Source: an uncultured Nitrospiraceae bacterium (GTDB lineage: Bacteria; Nitrospirota; Nitrospiria; Nitrospirales; Nitrospiraceae). From it: a stretch of DNA of 64,000 nucleotides. How positions within the stretch are numbered: position 1 is the stretch's first letter; every line of letters begins with the position of its first letter. A program made the translations under genes and the position numbers. Location: the NCBI GenBank assembly GCA_963846575.1, contig CAWJWJ010000001.1, positions 544,001 through 608,000 on the forward strand, read 5' to 3'. This document shows positions 18,712 to 29,454 of the stretch, piece after piece. The notes under the pieces are model-generated. The model saw nothing but the letters and a program-made list of their open reading frames with translations. It did no database searches and had not been told where the DNA came from.

Positions 18712-19536
18712 ATGAAACGGATTATTATCTTCACAGATCTGGATGGGAGCCTGCTCGACTCATCCAACTACTCGTTTGACGCCGCAAAAGATGCCCTCTC
18801 GGCCATTCGTAAACTCAACGTGCCGCTCATTCTGGTTTCGAGCAAAACCCGTTCGGAAATAGAGCCGCTTCGGCTTCAGCTGAATGAGTTCCATCCATTT
18901 GTCGCAGAGAACGGCGGGGCACTGTTTATCCCGAAAGGCTACTTTCCCTTTCCGATCGAGGGTTCCAGGCCAAGCGGAGACTATGACCTCGTCGCAATTG
19001 GGACCCCCTACCTCAGCCTCAGGGCGACGCTGAAAGAAATCGGCCGGGATCTGGGTTGTCGCTTGCAGGGCTTTGGTGATCTGTCGGTGGAGGAGGTCGC
19101 GAAACTCACCGGATTGTCGCCAGCCGATGCCCTGCTGGCCAAGCAGCGGGAATACGACGAACCCTTTGAGGTCATTGGAAAAGAAGTCGGCTGGAGTCAC
19201 CTGCAGAAAGCCGCGCAGGCACGCGGACTACAATGCACCCGAGGAGGGCGCTTCTACCATCTAATGGGATCGAATGAGAAGGGGATCGCGACCCAACGGC
19301 TCATAGGCTGGTACGAACGTCTCGTACAAGGGGGGGGACAGGCCCCGGTGACCATCGGGGTCGGCGACAGTCTCAACGATCTCTCGATGCTGGCTGTGGT
19401 CGACTATCCGGTCCTCGTACAGAAACCTGACCGGTCCTACGATCCGGATGTGCAGCTTCCCCATCTCATCCGTGCCGTCGGGGTAGGACCTGTCGGATGG
19501 AATCGGAGCCTCATGGATCTCTTGCCAACCCTTTGA
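18712..19536 (+). CDS. Mannosyl/glucosyl-3-phosphoglycerate phosphatase (HAD-IIB, MpgP/YedP-like)
   Basis: FTDLDGSLLD, SSKT..EI, ENGG, REYDEPF, GGRFYHL, GDSLND. Confidence 0.88.
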   Translation: MKRIIIFTDLDGSLLDSSNYSFDAAKDALSAIRKLNVPLILVSSKTRSEIEPLRLQLNEFHPFVAENGGALFIPKGYFPFPIEGSRPSGDYDLVAIGTPYLSLRATLKEIGRDLGCRLQGFGDLSVEEVAKLTGLSPADALLAKQREYDEPFEVIGKEVGWSHLQKAAQARGLQCTRGGRFYHLMGSNEKGIATQRLIGWYERLVQGGGQAPVTIGVGDSLNDLSMLAVVDYPVLVQKPDRSYDPDVQLPHLIRAVGVGPVGWNRSLMDLLPTL

Positions 19537-19591
19537 CGAGCGGCGGACCGGCATTCCCGAGTGATGTTGAGCCAACGCAGTGATTGACGCA

Positions 19592-19816
19592 CTATTTCCT
19601 CAGTCGTGAGGCATCGGATCGTCGACGACACTGAAGGCCTATAAAAATCCCACCCGCGAGCCCGAGCCCGACGGCCGCGGCTACGAGACCGACCAGGGAA
19701 CCATTGAACGTAAAGGGAAACTGGCGGCGTTGCGGATAACGGGGAACAGAGGCCTCACCGCCTAACCAGCGGCGCGCCTTGGCCTCTGCATCGACATCCG
19801 AGATATGCTGGTTCAT
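19592..19816 (-). CDS. Small hypothetical membrane protein
   Basis: 74 aa with one C-terminal TM segment; AAGG RBS; co-oriented with the upstream operon. Confidence 0.5.
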   Translation of the reverse strand: MNQHISDVDAEAKARRWLGGEASVPRYPQRRQFPFTFNGSLVGLVAAAVGLGLAGGIFIGLQCRRRSDASRLRK

Positions 19817-19857
19817 GCCTTGTCCTTTTTACTCGGCTGCTAGAAACTGCCTACCAT

Positions 19858-20565
19858 TCACAGATGGCGTAAGTCATCGGGAGCCCCGTTTCCCGAGCGC
19901 ACGGAGAGCCCACGTTCCAGGTAATCCTTGGCTAAATCTTTGGCACCCAAACCAAAGGCGATTGCCCCGGCCAACACAATGCCACCGAGGGTAATTCCGA
20001 ACCCCACGACCACGATATTTTGGGCAATGCCCAGTTGTTCTAACGCCATGGCGACCGCCAATAATTGAATCCCCCAGCGGGAGCAGGTCGCCACAAGTCG
20101 TGCGGGAGGCAGTCCGGCATTCACCGCCGCGATGAGAACGGCCTGGGACACAAAGTTTGACAACAACCAGCCGGCGACGAGAATAAGCCCGCCCGTGACA
20201 AGATGGGGTACATAGGCCAGGAACGATTTGGCGAAATCGTTGATCGGCTGGAGGTTGAGTGCGCCCAAGGCGGCGACAGTCGCAAAAATCATGACCAGCC
20301 AGTAGGCGGCCTGCCCTAGCAATCGCGAGGGATCTGTTTTCACTCCTCCGCGTAGAAGGGCACCTGTGACGCCCAAACGATCGAAGAGCCGGTCTAATCC
20401 GACTACCCGGAGCAACCGTTCAAGTGCCTGACTGGCAGTCCACGCCACCACGAGGCCGGCGAAGAAAATGATGGACATCGCGAGGAGGCTTGGCAACACC
20501 GCCAGCACCTGCCGCGCCATCAACTCAAGGGGGTCGAGCAGACCCTTTTCAAAAAATTCTTTCAT
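19858..20565 (-). CDS. Mechanosensitive-channel-related TM-helix repeat protein (CmpX-like, no MscS soluble domain)
   Basis: Duplicated LP.L..(A/G)..I...G units; AIAFGLG.KD.A ending. Confidence 0.8.
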   Translation of the reverse strand: MKEFFEKGLLDPLELMARQVLAVLPSLLAMSIIFFAGLVVAWTASQALERLLRVVGLDRLFDRLGVTGALLRGGVKTDPSRLLGQAAYWLVMIFATVAALGALNLQPINDFAKSFLAYVPHLVTGGLILVAGWLLSNFVSQAVLIAAVNAGLPPARLVATCSRWGIQLLAVAMALEQLGIAQNIVVVGFGITLGGIVLAGAIAFGLGAKDLAKDYLERGLSVRSGNGAPDDLRHL

Positions 20566-20622
20566 GCTTCCCTCCTCCGGCCTTTCTCGAAGCCTGCTTC
20601 CAGCTGCATGGAATCGCGCGCC

Positions 20623-21954
20623 TCAGCCGGCGTGGGGTTCATTCCACCGCGCCACCAAATAGGACTTATCCTTTTCAAAAGCCTGGCACAGCGCTTCAAT
20701 GCGCCCTTCGGCCTCGCTTGACGTGAGCCCCTGCGTATCCAGAACAAACGAGGCGGTTCGACCAAGGTACAAAGGCGTGAAGGCCTTCAACACGTGATCG
20801 AGGGGCAGCACACGATTTCGATAGGCCACCGCTGCATCATAAACCACTCTCGCCCAAAGGTTATCGGGGATCCGGAAGTCCTGCAGCGAACAGGTCCCCA
20901 GAACCCGCAGACTCTGTCTGGTGCCGGGAGCCAGAATCTGATCCCAGATTCCGCCCAAATCATTCAAGCCCTGCCGAAAGGTGCTGATCATGCGATCGAC
21001 ATTGACGTTGACAGGTTCGACCCCCACCTCGTATTGAAACCCGAACAAGGGAACCGCGTTCGAACCATCCATTTTAGCCCACACGGCATAATGGTCTTCC
21101 ATCAAGGCAAAGACCGCGCCGAGCACCTGCACCAGCATCGCCGACAGATCCGCCGCTGGATCTTTCGGATTGTGGATTTTTGCACCCAGAAAGCTTTGAC
21201 AGACTCGAGCCCCGCTGGCGATTGCCTCCGTCGTCATCCAAATATCGATCCCGAACTTGGCAACTTCCGATTCCCAGACGTGTTTATCCAGATAGTGCTG
21301 GGCCAAAGGTCCGGAAAACCCGAAATCCCCTCCGATGGGTTGACGAATCCGATGGCCGTACAGGGTTCGGGTCAGAGGGTACACAATGCTGTTCGTGATG
21401 GTTCCGTCGTATTTGTGACGCAGATAGTAGGGCGCGACATAGTCAAACCCTTGCTCGTACACCGGACTCACCAGGAGTTCGATCCATTCCGGAGTGATGC
21501 TCCGGAGATCTGAATCCACCACGGCACAGGCCTTGGCTTTCAAGCGGCGGGCGATCTCAAAAATAGTACGAAAGGCGCTTCCCTTACCAGGGATGCCATG
21601 ATAGGGCGTAATGATCTTGTGCAGAGAACTCTGTTTATCGCCGATAAAGAGCGTTTTCAGATCGACCACAGCCTGAGCCACGACATCCTGCGTGCCATCT
21701 GTCGATCCCCCGTCAGAATTCACCAGGACGGCGCGAGCCTGGGGAAAATATTTGGCCAGCCCGGCGCTGACGGCCCGCACCACATGCCCGATCGTTTCAA
21801 CATTGTTGAAACTGGGAATGCCGACCAAAATGTCCGTATGAGCAAATTGCTCGACTTGCGCTTCAGTCTCAGGAGTCAGTGGGGCGGTATGGATTCCGTC
21901 GGAAACATCAGGGCCAGGCGTCATAGATTGGTTCTCATACGCCTCCGCCCTCAT
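20623..21954 (-). CDS. GT2-fold glycosyltransferase, glucosylglycerate/mannosylglycerate synthase-like
   Basis: VGIPSFNN, SDGGSTDGT, GKGSA, VDSDLRSITPEW, RHKYDGTITN, RQPIGGDFG, FGIDIW. Confidence 0.8.
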   Translation of the reverse strand: MRAEAYENQSMTPGPDVSDGIHTAPLTPETEAQVEQFAHTDILVGIPSFNNVETIGHVVRAVSAGLAKYFPQARAVLVNSDGGSTDGTQDVVAQAVVDLKTLFIGDKQSSLHKIITPYHGIPGKGSAFRTIFEIARRLKAKACAVVDSDLRSITPEWIELLVSPVYEQGFDYVAPYYLRHKYDGTITNSIVYPLTRTLYGHRIRQPIGGDFGFSGPLAQHYLDKHVWESEVAKFGIDIWMTTEAIASGARVCQSFLGAKIHNPKDPAADLSAMLVQVLGAVFALMEDHYAVWAKMDGSNAVPLFGFQYEVGVEPVNVNVDRMISTFRQGLNDLGGIWDQILAPGTRQSLRVLGTCSLQDFRIPDNLWARVVYDAAVAYRNRVLPLDHVLKAFTPLYLGRTASFVLDTQGLTSSEAEGRIEALCQAFEKDKSYLVARWNEPHAG

Positions 21955-22160
21955 AACCTGTTATGACATCAACAAACTAGATTGGCGAAAGGCTGGTGTG
22001 TGTCACACTATCAGTGCTGGTAAGAGACACTATCTCGCATCATGATGTCAAGCAATTCACTCACTCGCGTTGCCTGAACAAACCCTATTAAATGCCGAAG
22101 ACGGAGGGGCGGGCATCCGGTGCGGGAGTGACAGGGGGACCGAGAACACAAGCGGAACGG

Positions 22161-22526
22161 TTACCCGGCATCGGAAATGACAATCTGTTCCTTATGATCC
22201 GTACTGAATGCGGGCAGCGTATGATGAGCATTGACGAAGAGACTCAGTCGAAGTTGGTCGTCCGCGTCCATTAGAATGGGATCGACTCCTAGGCGAGACT
22301 CATTCGCCCAACGGATCGTCGCCAGTCGCACCGACAACGGTTTAGGTTGTCCTGGAATATGCAAATGCAACTGCAGCAGGTCCCCGGCTTGTAACCCCTT
22401 GAGCCCTGTTCGCGACCATCCGGGAATGGATAAATCCAGCATTCGTCCGTTCCACACCAGGAGCCCGTCTTCGGATCGAGAGCCGGTGCATTCGACGATA
22501 AACCGCGGGCGATGCTGCTGATCCAT
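22161..22526 (-). CDS. PilZ domain protein (RxxxR degenerate)
   Basis: QHRPR and DLSIPG; GGAGG RBS. Confidence 0.8.
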   Translation of the reverse strand: MDQQHRPRFIVECTGSRSEDGLLVWNGRMLDLSIPGWSRTGLKGLQAGDLLQLHLHIPGQPKPLSVRLATIRWANESRLGVDPILMDADDQLRLSLFVNAHHTLPAFSTDHKEQIVISDAG

Positions 22527-22745
22527 TCATTCCTCCACCCAAACACCCGCGCAGAATATGAAAAACCACGGACAGCCCGATAGTCCCCGAAAGTGGGGGT
22601 TCGTCAGTTCATGGCCTAAAGTTCGGCTTGCAATGCATTCTGGAGCACCTGAGACCCGGGGGACCTACCGGGGCGGCGGGCGGCACGTTTCTGGACACAG
22701 AGTAAGAAGAAAATTGAGAGGAAATACATCCGGCGTTGTCAGTGA

Positions 22746-23090
22746 TCAGGCCACACGGGGAGAGTCGGTCGGATTGAGAGTCGATCGTACGAAATTGAGA
22801 ATTCGAGCCTCAGCCCCGACATTCATGCTGACGATTTCAAGCCCGAAATGGCGACCTTTGACCCACTGCACCGTCACGCCCTCGATATCGATGGCTTGAG
22901 GCTGGTCCGGCAAAAACACTCGCAATGTAAGCTTTGTGCCGACGGTTACCGGCTTATCACCCTCAATCTGCCATCCCTTCACGGAGAGATCGCAGACCTT
23001 CCCTGTCCCGACCAGACCTTCCCCCAAATAATAGAGGAAGCAGCTGACGGGCACGCGTGAGTTGAGGCGGGATGTAGGAGGCTTGGTCAT
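22746..23090 (-). CDS. PilZ domain protein
   Basis: RLNSR (RxxxR), DLSVKG (DxSxxG), VQW....FGL. Confidence 0.85.
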   Translation of the reverse strand: MTKPPTSRLNSRVPVSCFLYYLGEGLVGTGKVCDLSVKGWQIEGDKPVTVGTKLTLRVFLPDQPQAIDIEGVTVQWVKGRHFGLEIVSMNVGAEARILNFVRSTLNPTDSPRVA

Positions 23091-23247
23091 AATGTACAGC
23101 GAGGCAACCGGGCTCAAATCCAGCCGTCCTCGACCATGTCCCAGTCTATCGACCACCGGGAGGATGGCAAAGAATATTCAATTTTTCACCAGGCCCCGGT
23201 GAAATGGACTTCACAGTCGCATGACCTATGAAAAAGACAGGGCGCAG

Positions 23248-23622
23248 TTAGATGAGAGCGGTCACAAATTGTTCGAGCCGGGCAAGCTCGTCGGCCTTAA
23301 TGGAACTGATTGCGACCCCGAATTCCTGGCCGCGCGACCACCGCACGACCGCACGATCGATAAACACGGTAGGATGCTGTCCGGGAAGGAACACACAGAG
23401 GGTGACGATCATACCGGGCTCGACTGGATGTGACCCATCAACGCGCCACCCGTTGAGAGAGAGGTTCCAAGCTATGCCGGTACCCTGGAACTCATCGCTG
23501 GAGTAGTAGACCGAACATTGGACGGGAAACCTGCGAAAGGACCGTACTTGAAAGGCAATACTTGCCGGAGCGGTCGGATGACATGGCACTAATGAAGAAG
23601 GCTGATTGCTGCCAGCGGCCAT
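23248..23622 (-). CDS. PilZ domain protein
   Basis: RSFRR, NLSLNG, VVRW....FGV. Start uncertain. Confidence 0.85.
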   Translation of the reverse strand: MAAGSNQPSSLVPCHPTAPASIAFQVRSFRRFPVQCSVYYSSDEFQGTGIAWNLSLNGWRVDGSHPVEPGMIVTLCVFLPGQHPTVFIDRAVVRWSRGQEFGVAISSIKADELARLEQFVTALI

Positions 23623-23660
23623 ATCTGATTTAACCAGACTTATGATCGCGACGCCAGTCT

Positions 23661-23737
23661 TGGGGTGAGTGACGGGTTTCGAACCCGCGACCTCCGGATC
23701 CACAATCCGGCGCTCTAACCAACTGAGCTACACCCAC
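23661..23737 (-). tRNA. tRNA-His (GTG)
   Basis: GTGGGTGTAGCTCAGTTGGTTAGAGCGCCGGATTGTGGATCCGGAGGTCGCGGGTTCGAAACCCGTCACTCACCCCA; anticodon GTG, C discriminator, encoded CCA, G(-1) at 23738. Confidence 0.97.
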
Positions 23738-23892
23738 CATGCAGGAGCGCGCAAAGAACGCGCATCTTAGCAAACCCTGAAGAACAGTCGCAACCATGCG
23801 GCTATGACTGCTCACTTGTCCCATTCCTGCCGTTCGCTGGATCAAGCGCAGTTCGCCGCATTCAGCCGAATCTCTCGCCGGAATCCTCGCCC

Positions 23893-24612
23893 TTACCCCG
23901 CTCGCTTATCGAACGCTGCCTGCATTTCTGCAAGAATAGCTGCGGTAGCAGCGGGCGGGTCCGAGGCGTCACGAATGGGACGGCCGATCACGAGGAAATC
24001 TGCACCCGCCGCAATGGTTTGGGTGGGCGTCGTAACCCGGGCATGGTCATCCGTCCCCCTTCCGGCCGGCCTGACGCCTGGCGTGACGATCGTCAGATCG
24101 GCCCCCACCTTCGCACGGATGGCCTGCGGCTCTTCTCCGGACGCCACCACCCCGTCACACCCGACCTCTGCGGCCAAGGTGGCCCTGGCCGTGACCAGAT
24201 CCTGCACGGTCCGCTGAATCCCCATATCCCGTAAATCCTGGCCATCGAAATTCGTAAGCACCGTCACCGCCAGCAGCTTGAGATCGGACTGGCCTCGCCC
24301 CTGCACCGCCGCAATCAAGGCCTTTCGATTCGCATGGATCGTTAAAAAAGTCGCTCCCATGGCTGCAACCCGAGCCGTCGCGCGCCGCACGGTTTCTTCG
24401 ATGTCGAGAAATTTGAGATCGAGGAAAACCTGCTTCCCACGATTTATGAGGCGCTGAACAATCTCAGGACCCGCCACCGTATAGAGTTCCAAACCAACTT
24501 TTACAAATCTCACCTGATCTCCCATACGATCCACCAGCGCATCTGCTTCCGCGGCCGAAGGAACATCCAACGCCACTATGAGACGATCTCTCGCGTCAAT
24601 TCGCATGATCAT
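23893..24612 (-). CDS. pyrF: Orotidine-5'-phosphate decarboxylase
   Basis: LIVALD, KVG.EL, FLDLKFLDI, VTPGVRP, VIGRPI. Confidence 0.95.
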   Translation of the reverse strand: MIMRIDARDRLIVALDVPSAAEADALVDRMGDQVRFVKVGLELYTVAGPEIVQRLINRGKQVFLDLKFLDIEETVRRATARVAAMGATFLTIHANRKALIAAVQGRGQSDLKLLAVTVLTNFDGQDLRDMGIQRTVQDLVTARATLAAEVGCDGVVASGEEPQAIRAKVGADLTIVTPGVRPAGRGTDDHARVTTPTQTIAAGADFLVIGRPIRDASDPPAATAAILAEMQAAFDKRAG

Positions 24613-24727
24613 ACATTCCTCCGGAAGCGTCGGCGCTCCCGACGTCCTGGCTGACTCCTTCCGATGTCCTTGACCTCTCTTCTCATCCTATGCTACAAGC
24701 TCAGGCTTTGAACGTAGGAGAATCCGT

Positions 24728-25003
24728 ATGCCTGTTGTCCATAAGTCCACGATTCGTCGGGCCCGTCAATCTGAGAAACGCCGGTTGCGCAATCGCGCGA
24801 CGCTCAGTTCCGTCCGAAGCATCCTTCGGAAAGTCCAGGAAGCGATCGCTGCCAAGAAGCCGGATGAAGCGAAAGCCACTCTCCGGGAAGCGACTGCAGC
24901 GTTGGACAAAGCGGTTACCAAGGGAGTGGTGAAACCCAATACCGCATCGCGCCGCGTGTCCAGGCTTACCGTGCGTGTGAACGCCATCACCGCTTCCGCG
25001 TAA
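24728..25003 (+). CDS. rpsT: 30S ribosomal protein S20
   Basis: KS..RRARQSEKRRLRN...LDKAV.KGVVKPNTASRRVSRL. Confidence 0.95.
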   Translation: MPVVHKSTIRRARQSEKRRLRNRATLSSVRSILRKVQEAIAAKKPDEAKATLREATAALDKAVTKGVVKPNTASRRVSRLTVRVNAITASA

Positions 25004-26096
25004 CCGTTCTGATGTTCGACACCGGTCTCGATCCCGCTGGGCGCGGGGCCGGTGCACTCTTCTTAGCCCGTTCCGCCTGTCGCACTTGCTTCAATGGCTC
25101 GTCGCAAAGCCGGAACAACAGGTCCTCCATGACGCGGACCGGGGTGCTGCCGCTTCCCCCCTTGAGCTTCGAGTCTGTCTCCATAAACCACTGGAAAGAT
25201 TGTGATAGTTTGGCATCAGAGAACTGCTCCAGAAACCCTCTGACCTGGGCCTGATCCATTCGAAGCGTTCGAGCAGCTTCGCCCTCCCGGCCACCGGACC
25301 TCAGTAGCTCTTTCGTTTTCCACAACCGGCGATATTGCCAAATTAACGCCCCAAGGATGCGTAACGGGGCCTCTCCGTTTTCAACATTCCTGGCAAGAAT
25401 CCGCAACGCCCGGCCATGATTGTGCGCACCGATGGCGTTCATGAGATCGAACACCGAAGCACCGGGCTCCGTTCCCCGAAGTGCTTCCACATCCGCCGGC
25501 TGCGCGATCCGGTCAGACGGCACATAGCTGGCGAGTTTTTCGAGTTCTCTCCGCATGGCATAGAGAGAATCGTTCCCTGCCTCTCTGAGCAACTGCGCCG
25601 CCTCATCGTGAAGGCGCACACCCAGAGTTGCCGCCTCCTGACGGATCCATGCCGCAACCTGCGGATCGCGCAAGGGAGCACAGGACACGGTCATAGCCCG
25701 TTTGGCCAAGGCCTGGGTCCACTTGAGTCGACCGTCCAGCTTCACGGCCGAGATGATCAGCGTCGTGGTCTCGTTAGGCGCCGAGAGGTAGGTCAACAGC
25801 TTCTCGCCTTCCCGCGCCGGGAGCTTCTCAACCGATTTGTAGACAATCACGCGACGAGGGGCGAATACAGGCATTTCTGCGGCGCAGGCCAACACGTCTT
25901 CTATAGAGGATTCGTCCCCGTGGAACACATCGTCATTAAACCCGCTGTCCAGCGCCTCTCCTAACACCGCGTTTCTCAGCAGGGCGATGGATTGATCACG
26001 CAGATAGTCTTCCTCGCCGATGACCGCATAGAGCGGCAGCACCCCGCTTCGCGCCAGGGACTGTGACAATTCCATGCTCATGACCGACATATTCAT
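24987..26096 (-). CDS. holA: DNA polymerase III delta subunit
   Basis: Y...GEE.YL, P.FA.RR, ELEKL..Y, D..LKGG; canonical leuS-lptE-holA order. Confidence 0.9.
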   Translation of the reverse strand: MNMSVMSMELSQSLARSGVLPLYAVIGEEDYLRDQSIALLRNAVLGEALDSGFNDDVFHGDESSIEDVLACAAEMPVFAPRRVIVYKSVEKLPAREGEKLLTYLSAPNETTTLIISAVKLDGRLKWTQALAKRAMTVSCAPLRDPQVAAWIRQEAATLGVRLHDEAAQLLREAGNDSLYAMRRELEKLASYVPSDRIAQPADVEALRGTEPGASVFDLMNAIGAHNHGRALRILARNVENGEAPLRILGALIWQYRRLWKTKELLRSGGREGEAARTLRMDQAQVRGFLEQFSDAKLSQSFQWFMETDSKLKGGSGSTPVRVMEDLLFRLCDEPLKQVRQAERAKKSAPAPRPAGSRPVSNIRTVTRKR

Positions 26097-26117
26097 GCGT
26101 GCAGACTCGTTCTGAAA

Positions 26118-26801
26118 CTATCGTGCTGCTTCAGGTTGTGCCCCGTCGGCGGAAGCAGCAGGCGCCTTGATCGGACGCTTCAGGGCCTTCTCTAACTGGC
26201 CACTGTCGAGAAACAGGAGAAACCGCGAGGCCAAATCCTCTGCGACGAACCGGCCCGCTTGCTCCACCGCCCGGTTCTGCAAAACCTGGTTAAACTGCAG
26301 GTCCTGCGTCACAAAAAACTCCGAGGTTCCCTTGGACACCTGAGACCACACGACCTGCCTGGTCTTCGCATCCTCGATCCTCACGCTCACCAGCAGTTCC
26401 ACGCGGCTTTCAAACGTCTCGGTCTGCCCGAAGCTCAAGGTCGGAAGAGAAATCTGCATAATTTGTCCGGAGAGGAAGAGATCGGCGGCAGCGGATGGTC
26501 CGACGATCTGCGTACCCGCTCCGGAAGAAAACTCGCGACGGAGGTAGTTAGCCAGTTTGATTTCAAAATTCGGCTCATAGCTGGTGTTGGCGATGGGAAG
26601 AATCGCAAGGCGCGGCGACTGACGCTGGGCAACCTCGCTTGTGGCACCTCCAACCGTCGGGCCTGCGCCCTGCACCCGGAATTGATAACCGCAGGCGGCC
26701 ATATTCATCGCCATCAGACACCACAGGGCTGTGGCAGCGCACCGGGCAACTCTCCGTCGGGCGGCTGGGCGGACTTCCAGATGGCCTCTTCCTTCTCGCA
26801 C
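26118..26801 (-). CDS. lptE: LPS assembly lipoprotein LptE family
   Basis: Lipobox AACGY.F; position between leuS and holA. Start uncertain. Confidence 0.8.
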   Translation of the reverse strand: MREGRGHLEVRPAARRRVARCAATALWCLMAMNMAACGYQFRVQGAGPTVGGATSEVAQRQSPRLAILPIANTSYEPNFEIKLANYLRREFSSGAGTQIVGPSAAADLFLSGQIMQISLPTLSFGQTETFESRVELLVSVRIEDAKTRQVVWSQVSKGTSEFFVTQDLQFNQVLQNRAVEQAGRFVAEDLASRFLLFLDSGQLEKALKRPIKAPAASADGAQPEAAR

Positions 26802-26805
26802 GACA

Positions 26806-29241
26806 TCACACCACGAAATTGATCAACTTTTTTTCGACGTAAATGATCTTTTTTGGTTCCTTGCCCTGCAACCATTCCGCAACTTCCTGCAGGGCCAACG
26901 GCTCGATCTGATCGCGGGAAGCCCCGGCGTCGACGTCCAGCTTGCCGCGCAATTTTCCATTGATCTGAATGGGAATCGTCAGCCGGTCGCTAATCACTAA
27001 TGCGGGCTCATACTGCGGCCATGGCTGTTGCCCCGCGCTCGGCGGCTGACCGAGGCGTTCCCATAATTCTTCACTCAGATGCGGCGCGAAGGGCAGGAGC
27101 AGCAAGACGAATGGTTCCAGCAACCGCCGGGGGCGCTGTACCAATTTGGTCATCTCGTTCGTGAAGACCATCATTTGGGAGATGGCGGTATTGAAGCGCA
27201 ATGCCTCGATATCATCGGTAATTTTCTTGATCGTGTAGTGAAGCAATCGCTGCTGCTCCGGCGTGGGCGCCGCGTCGATCACAGCGGGGCTCAAGCCTCC
27301 GTCTTCGCCGATCATCAGCCGCCAGACTCGATCGAGAAACCGCGTGATGCCCTCGACTCCCCGGCTGCTCCAGGGCTTCATCGATTCCAGCGGACCCATG
27401 AACATTTCATAGAGCCGCACCGCGTCGGCCCCGAACTGGTCGATCATCTCATCCGGGTTCACGACATTCCCGCGTGACTTGGACATCTTTTGATTGTCTT
27501 CACCCAGCACGATCCCTTGATGCACCAATTTCTTGAATGGTTCAGGTGTACTGACCACGCCGGCATCGAACAAGACCTTGTGCCAGAACCGGCTATAGAG
27601 CAGGTGCAACACCGCATGCTCGCTGCCGCCTATATAGAGATCGACCGGCATCCAATACCGCTCCTTCTCCGGATCGACCATCTGCCCCGCGTTCTTCGGA
27701 TCGATGAAGCGCAGGTAGTACCAGCAGGAGCCGGCCCACTGCGGCATGGTGTTGGTCTCGCGCCGCGCCGGTTTGCCGCTGACAGGATCAGTACTCGTCA
27801 ACCAGTCTTCGAGATTCGCCAGGGGGCTTTCGCCACTCCCGGATGGTTTGAAATCTTTCGTCTCCGGCAATACGAGGGGCAACTGCTCTTCCGGCAACGG
27901 CCGGGGCTCTCCATCGACCCAGATGATCGGGAATGGTTCGCCCCAGTATCGCTGACGGGCAAACAGCCAGTCACGGAGCTTATAGTTGATCGTCCTCTTG
28001 CCTTTGCCCTTGGTTTCCAGCCAGGCCGTAATTCTAGGAATGGCTTCACCGGGTAACAGACCATCCAAAGAACAGGAGCCGTCTTGGGTCGTGGAGTTGA
28101 TGACCCGGCCCCGTTCGGTGTCGGTGAAGGCCTTCTGCTCGATGTCCCCGCCCGCAATCACTTCGCGAATCGGCAAATGGTACTGCCGGGCAAAGGCCCA
28201 ATCGCGCTCGTCATGGGCGGGCACTGCCATAATGGCTCCCGTGCCGTAACTCATGAGGACGTAATCGGCAATCCAGATCGGCAGACGCTCCTGATTCACG
28301 GGGTTGACGGCATAGCCGCCGGTGAAGACGCCGGTCTTGATCTTGTCCAATTCCTGACGTTGAAGATCGCTCTTGCGGGTCGCCGCGTCTCGGTAGTCCG
28401 AGACCTGCGCCCGCTGCGGCGCAGTCGTGACCACGTCCACGAGAGGATGTTCCGGCGCCACCACCATATAGGTGGCCCCGAACAACGTGTCGGGTCGGGT
28501 TGTGAACACGCGCAAATTGCCGGGAGCATCGGACAATGCAAAATCTACTTCCGCACCGATTGAGCGGCCGATCCAGTTCTTTTGCATCTCCAGGGTACTG
28601 GCCGGCCATTCCACGAATTTCAGATCCTCGAGCAGGCGCTCCGCATAGGCCGTAATCTTCAGCACCCATTGCTTCATCGGCTTGCGGATGACGTCGAACC
28701 CGCCGACCTCGCTTTTGCCGTCCACAATCTCCTCGTTGGCCAGCACCGTCGCCAACGCGGGGCACCAATTCACCGGCACCTCGGCCACATAGGCCAGGCC
28801 CCGATCAAAGAGCTTGAGGAAGATCCACTGCGTCCAGCGATAGTAGTCCTGGTCGGTCGTGCTGAGTTCGCGATCCCAATCGTAAGACAGACCGACCCGC
28901 TTCATCTGACGCTTGAAGGTCGCGATATTTTGGGCGGTGGTGGTGGCGGGATGCACGCCGGTTTTCACCGCATATTGCTCAGCCGGCAGACCGAATGCGT
29001 CCCAGCCCATCGGGTGCAATACGTTAAAGCCACGCATCCGCTTATAGCGGGACACGATATCCGTGGCGGTGTACCCTTCCAGATGTCCGACATGCAGCCC
29101 TGACCCGGATGGGTAGGGAAACATGTCGAGGCAGTAGAACTTGGGCTTGGTGCGATCGTCTATCGCTCGAAACGGACGGTGTGTGTCCCAGTAGGCCTGC
29201 CACTTCGATTCAAGGGCATGGTGATCGTAGGTTTTGCTCAT
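26806..29241 (-). CDS. leuS: Leucine--tRNA ligase
   Basis: MFPYPSG.GLHVGH (HIGH-like), [22 protein letters not shown] (editing domain), KMSKS. Confidence 0.98.
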   Translation of the reverse strand: MSKTYDHHALESKWQAYWDTHRPFRAIDDRTKPKFYCLDMFPYPSGSGLHVGHLEGYTATDIVSRYKRMRGFNVLHPMGWDAFGLPAEQYAVKTGVHPATTTAQNIATFKRQMKRVGLSYDWDRELSTTDQDYYRWTQWIFLKLFDRGLAYVAEVPVNWCPALATVLANEEIVDGKSEVGGFDVIRKPMKQWVLKITAYAERLLEDLKFVEWPASTLEMQKNWIGRSIGAEVDFALSDAPGNLRVFTTRPDTLFGATYMVVAPEHPLVDVVTTAPQRAQVSDYRDAATRKSDLQRQELDKIKTGVFTGGYAVNPVNQERLPIWIADYVLMSYGTGAIMAVPAHDERDWAFARQYHLPIREVIAGGDIEQKAFTDTERGRVINSTTQDGSCSLDGLLPGEAIPRITAWLETKGKGKRTINYKLRDWLFARQRYWGEPFPIIWVDGEPRPLPEEQLPLVLPETKDFKPSGSGESPLANLEDWLTSTDPVSGKPARRETNTMPQWAGSCWYYLRFIDPKNAGQMVDPEKERYWMPVDLYIGGSEHAVLHLLYSRFWHKVLFDAGVVSTPEPFKKLVHQGIVLGEDNQKMSKSRGNVVNPDEMIDQFGADAVRLYEMFMGPLESMKPWSSRGVEGITRFLDRVWRLMIGEDGGLSPAVIDAAPTPEQQRLLHYTIKKITDDIEALRFNTAISQMMVFTNEMTKLVQRPRRLLEPFVLLLLPFAPHLSEELWERLGQPPSAGQQPWPQYEPALVISDRLTIPIQINGKLRGKLDVDAGASRDQIEPLALQEVAEWLQGKEPKKIIYVEKKLINFVV

Positions 29242-29454
29242 GATGCTATACAATGCATGGTGATCGTGTGGTTTCGACGAAAGAACGGACGACTCTAGCA
29301 TACACCGTCCGGAGCAACAAGGACGCCGGGGCACAACGGGTCGGTTCGACTACGGCATGACTCCCTGAAACCTGCCGCTTGTTGGAACCTGGCGGGACTA
29401 TCGGTTTGAAATCGGCCGCGGTCACCCTTTGGACTTGGAGAGAACCATCCGCCC

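Noticed and set aside
23248..23737. tRNA-His as an integration site of a genomic island or prophage
   Set aside because: No integrase, phage gene or duplicated tRNA 3' end was seen in the window.
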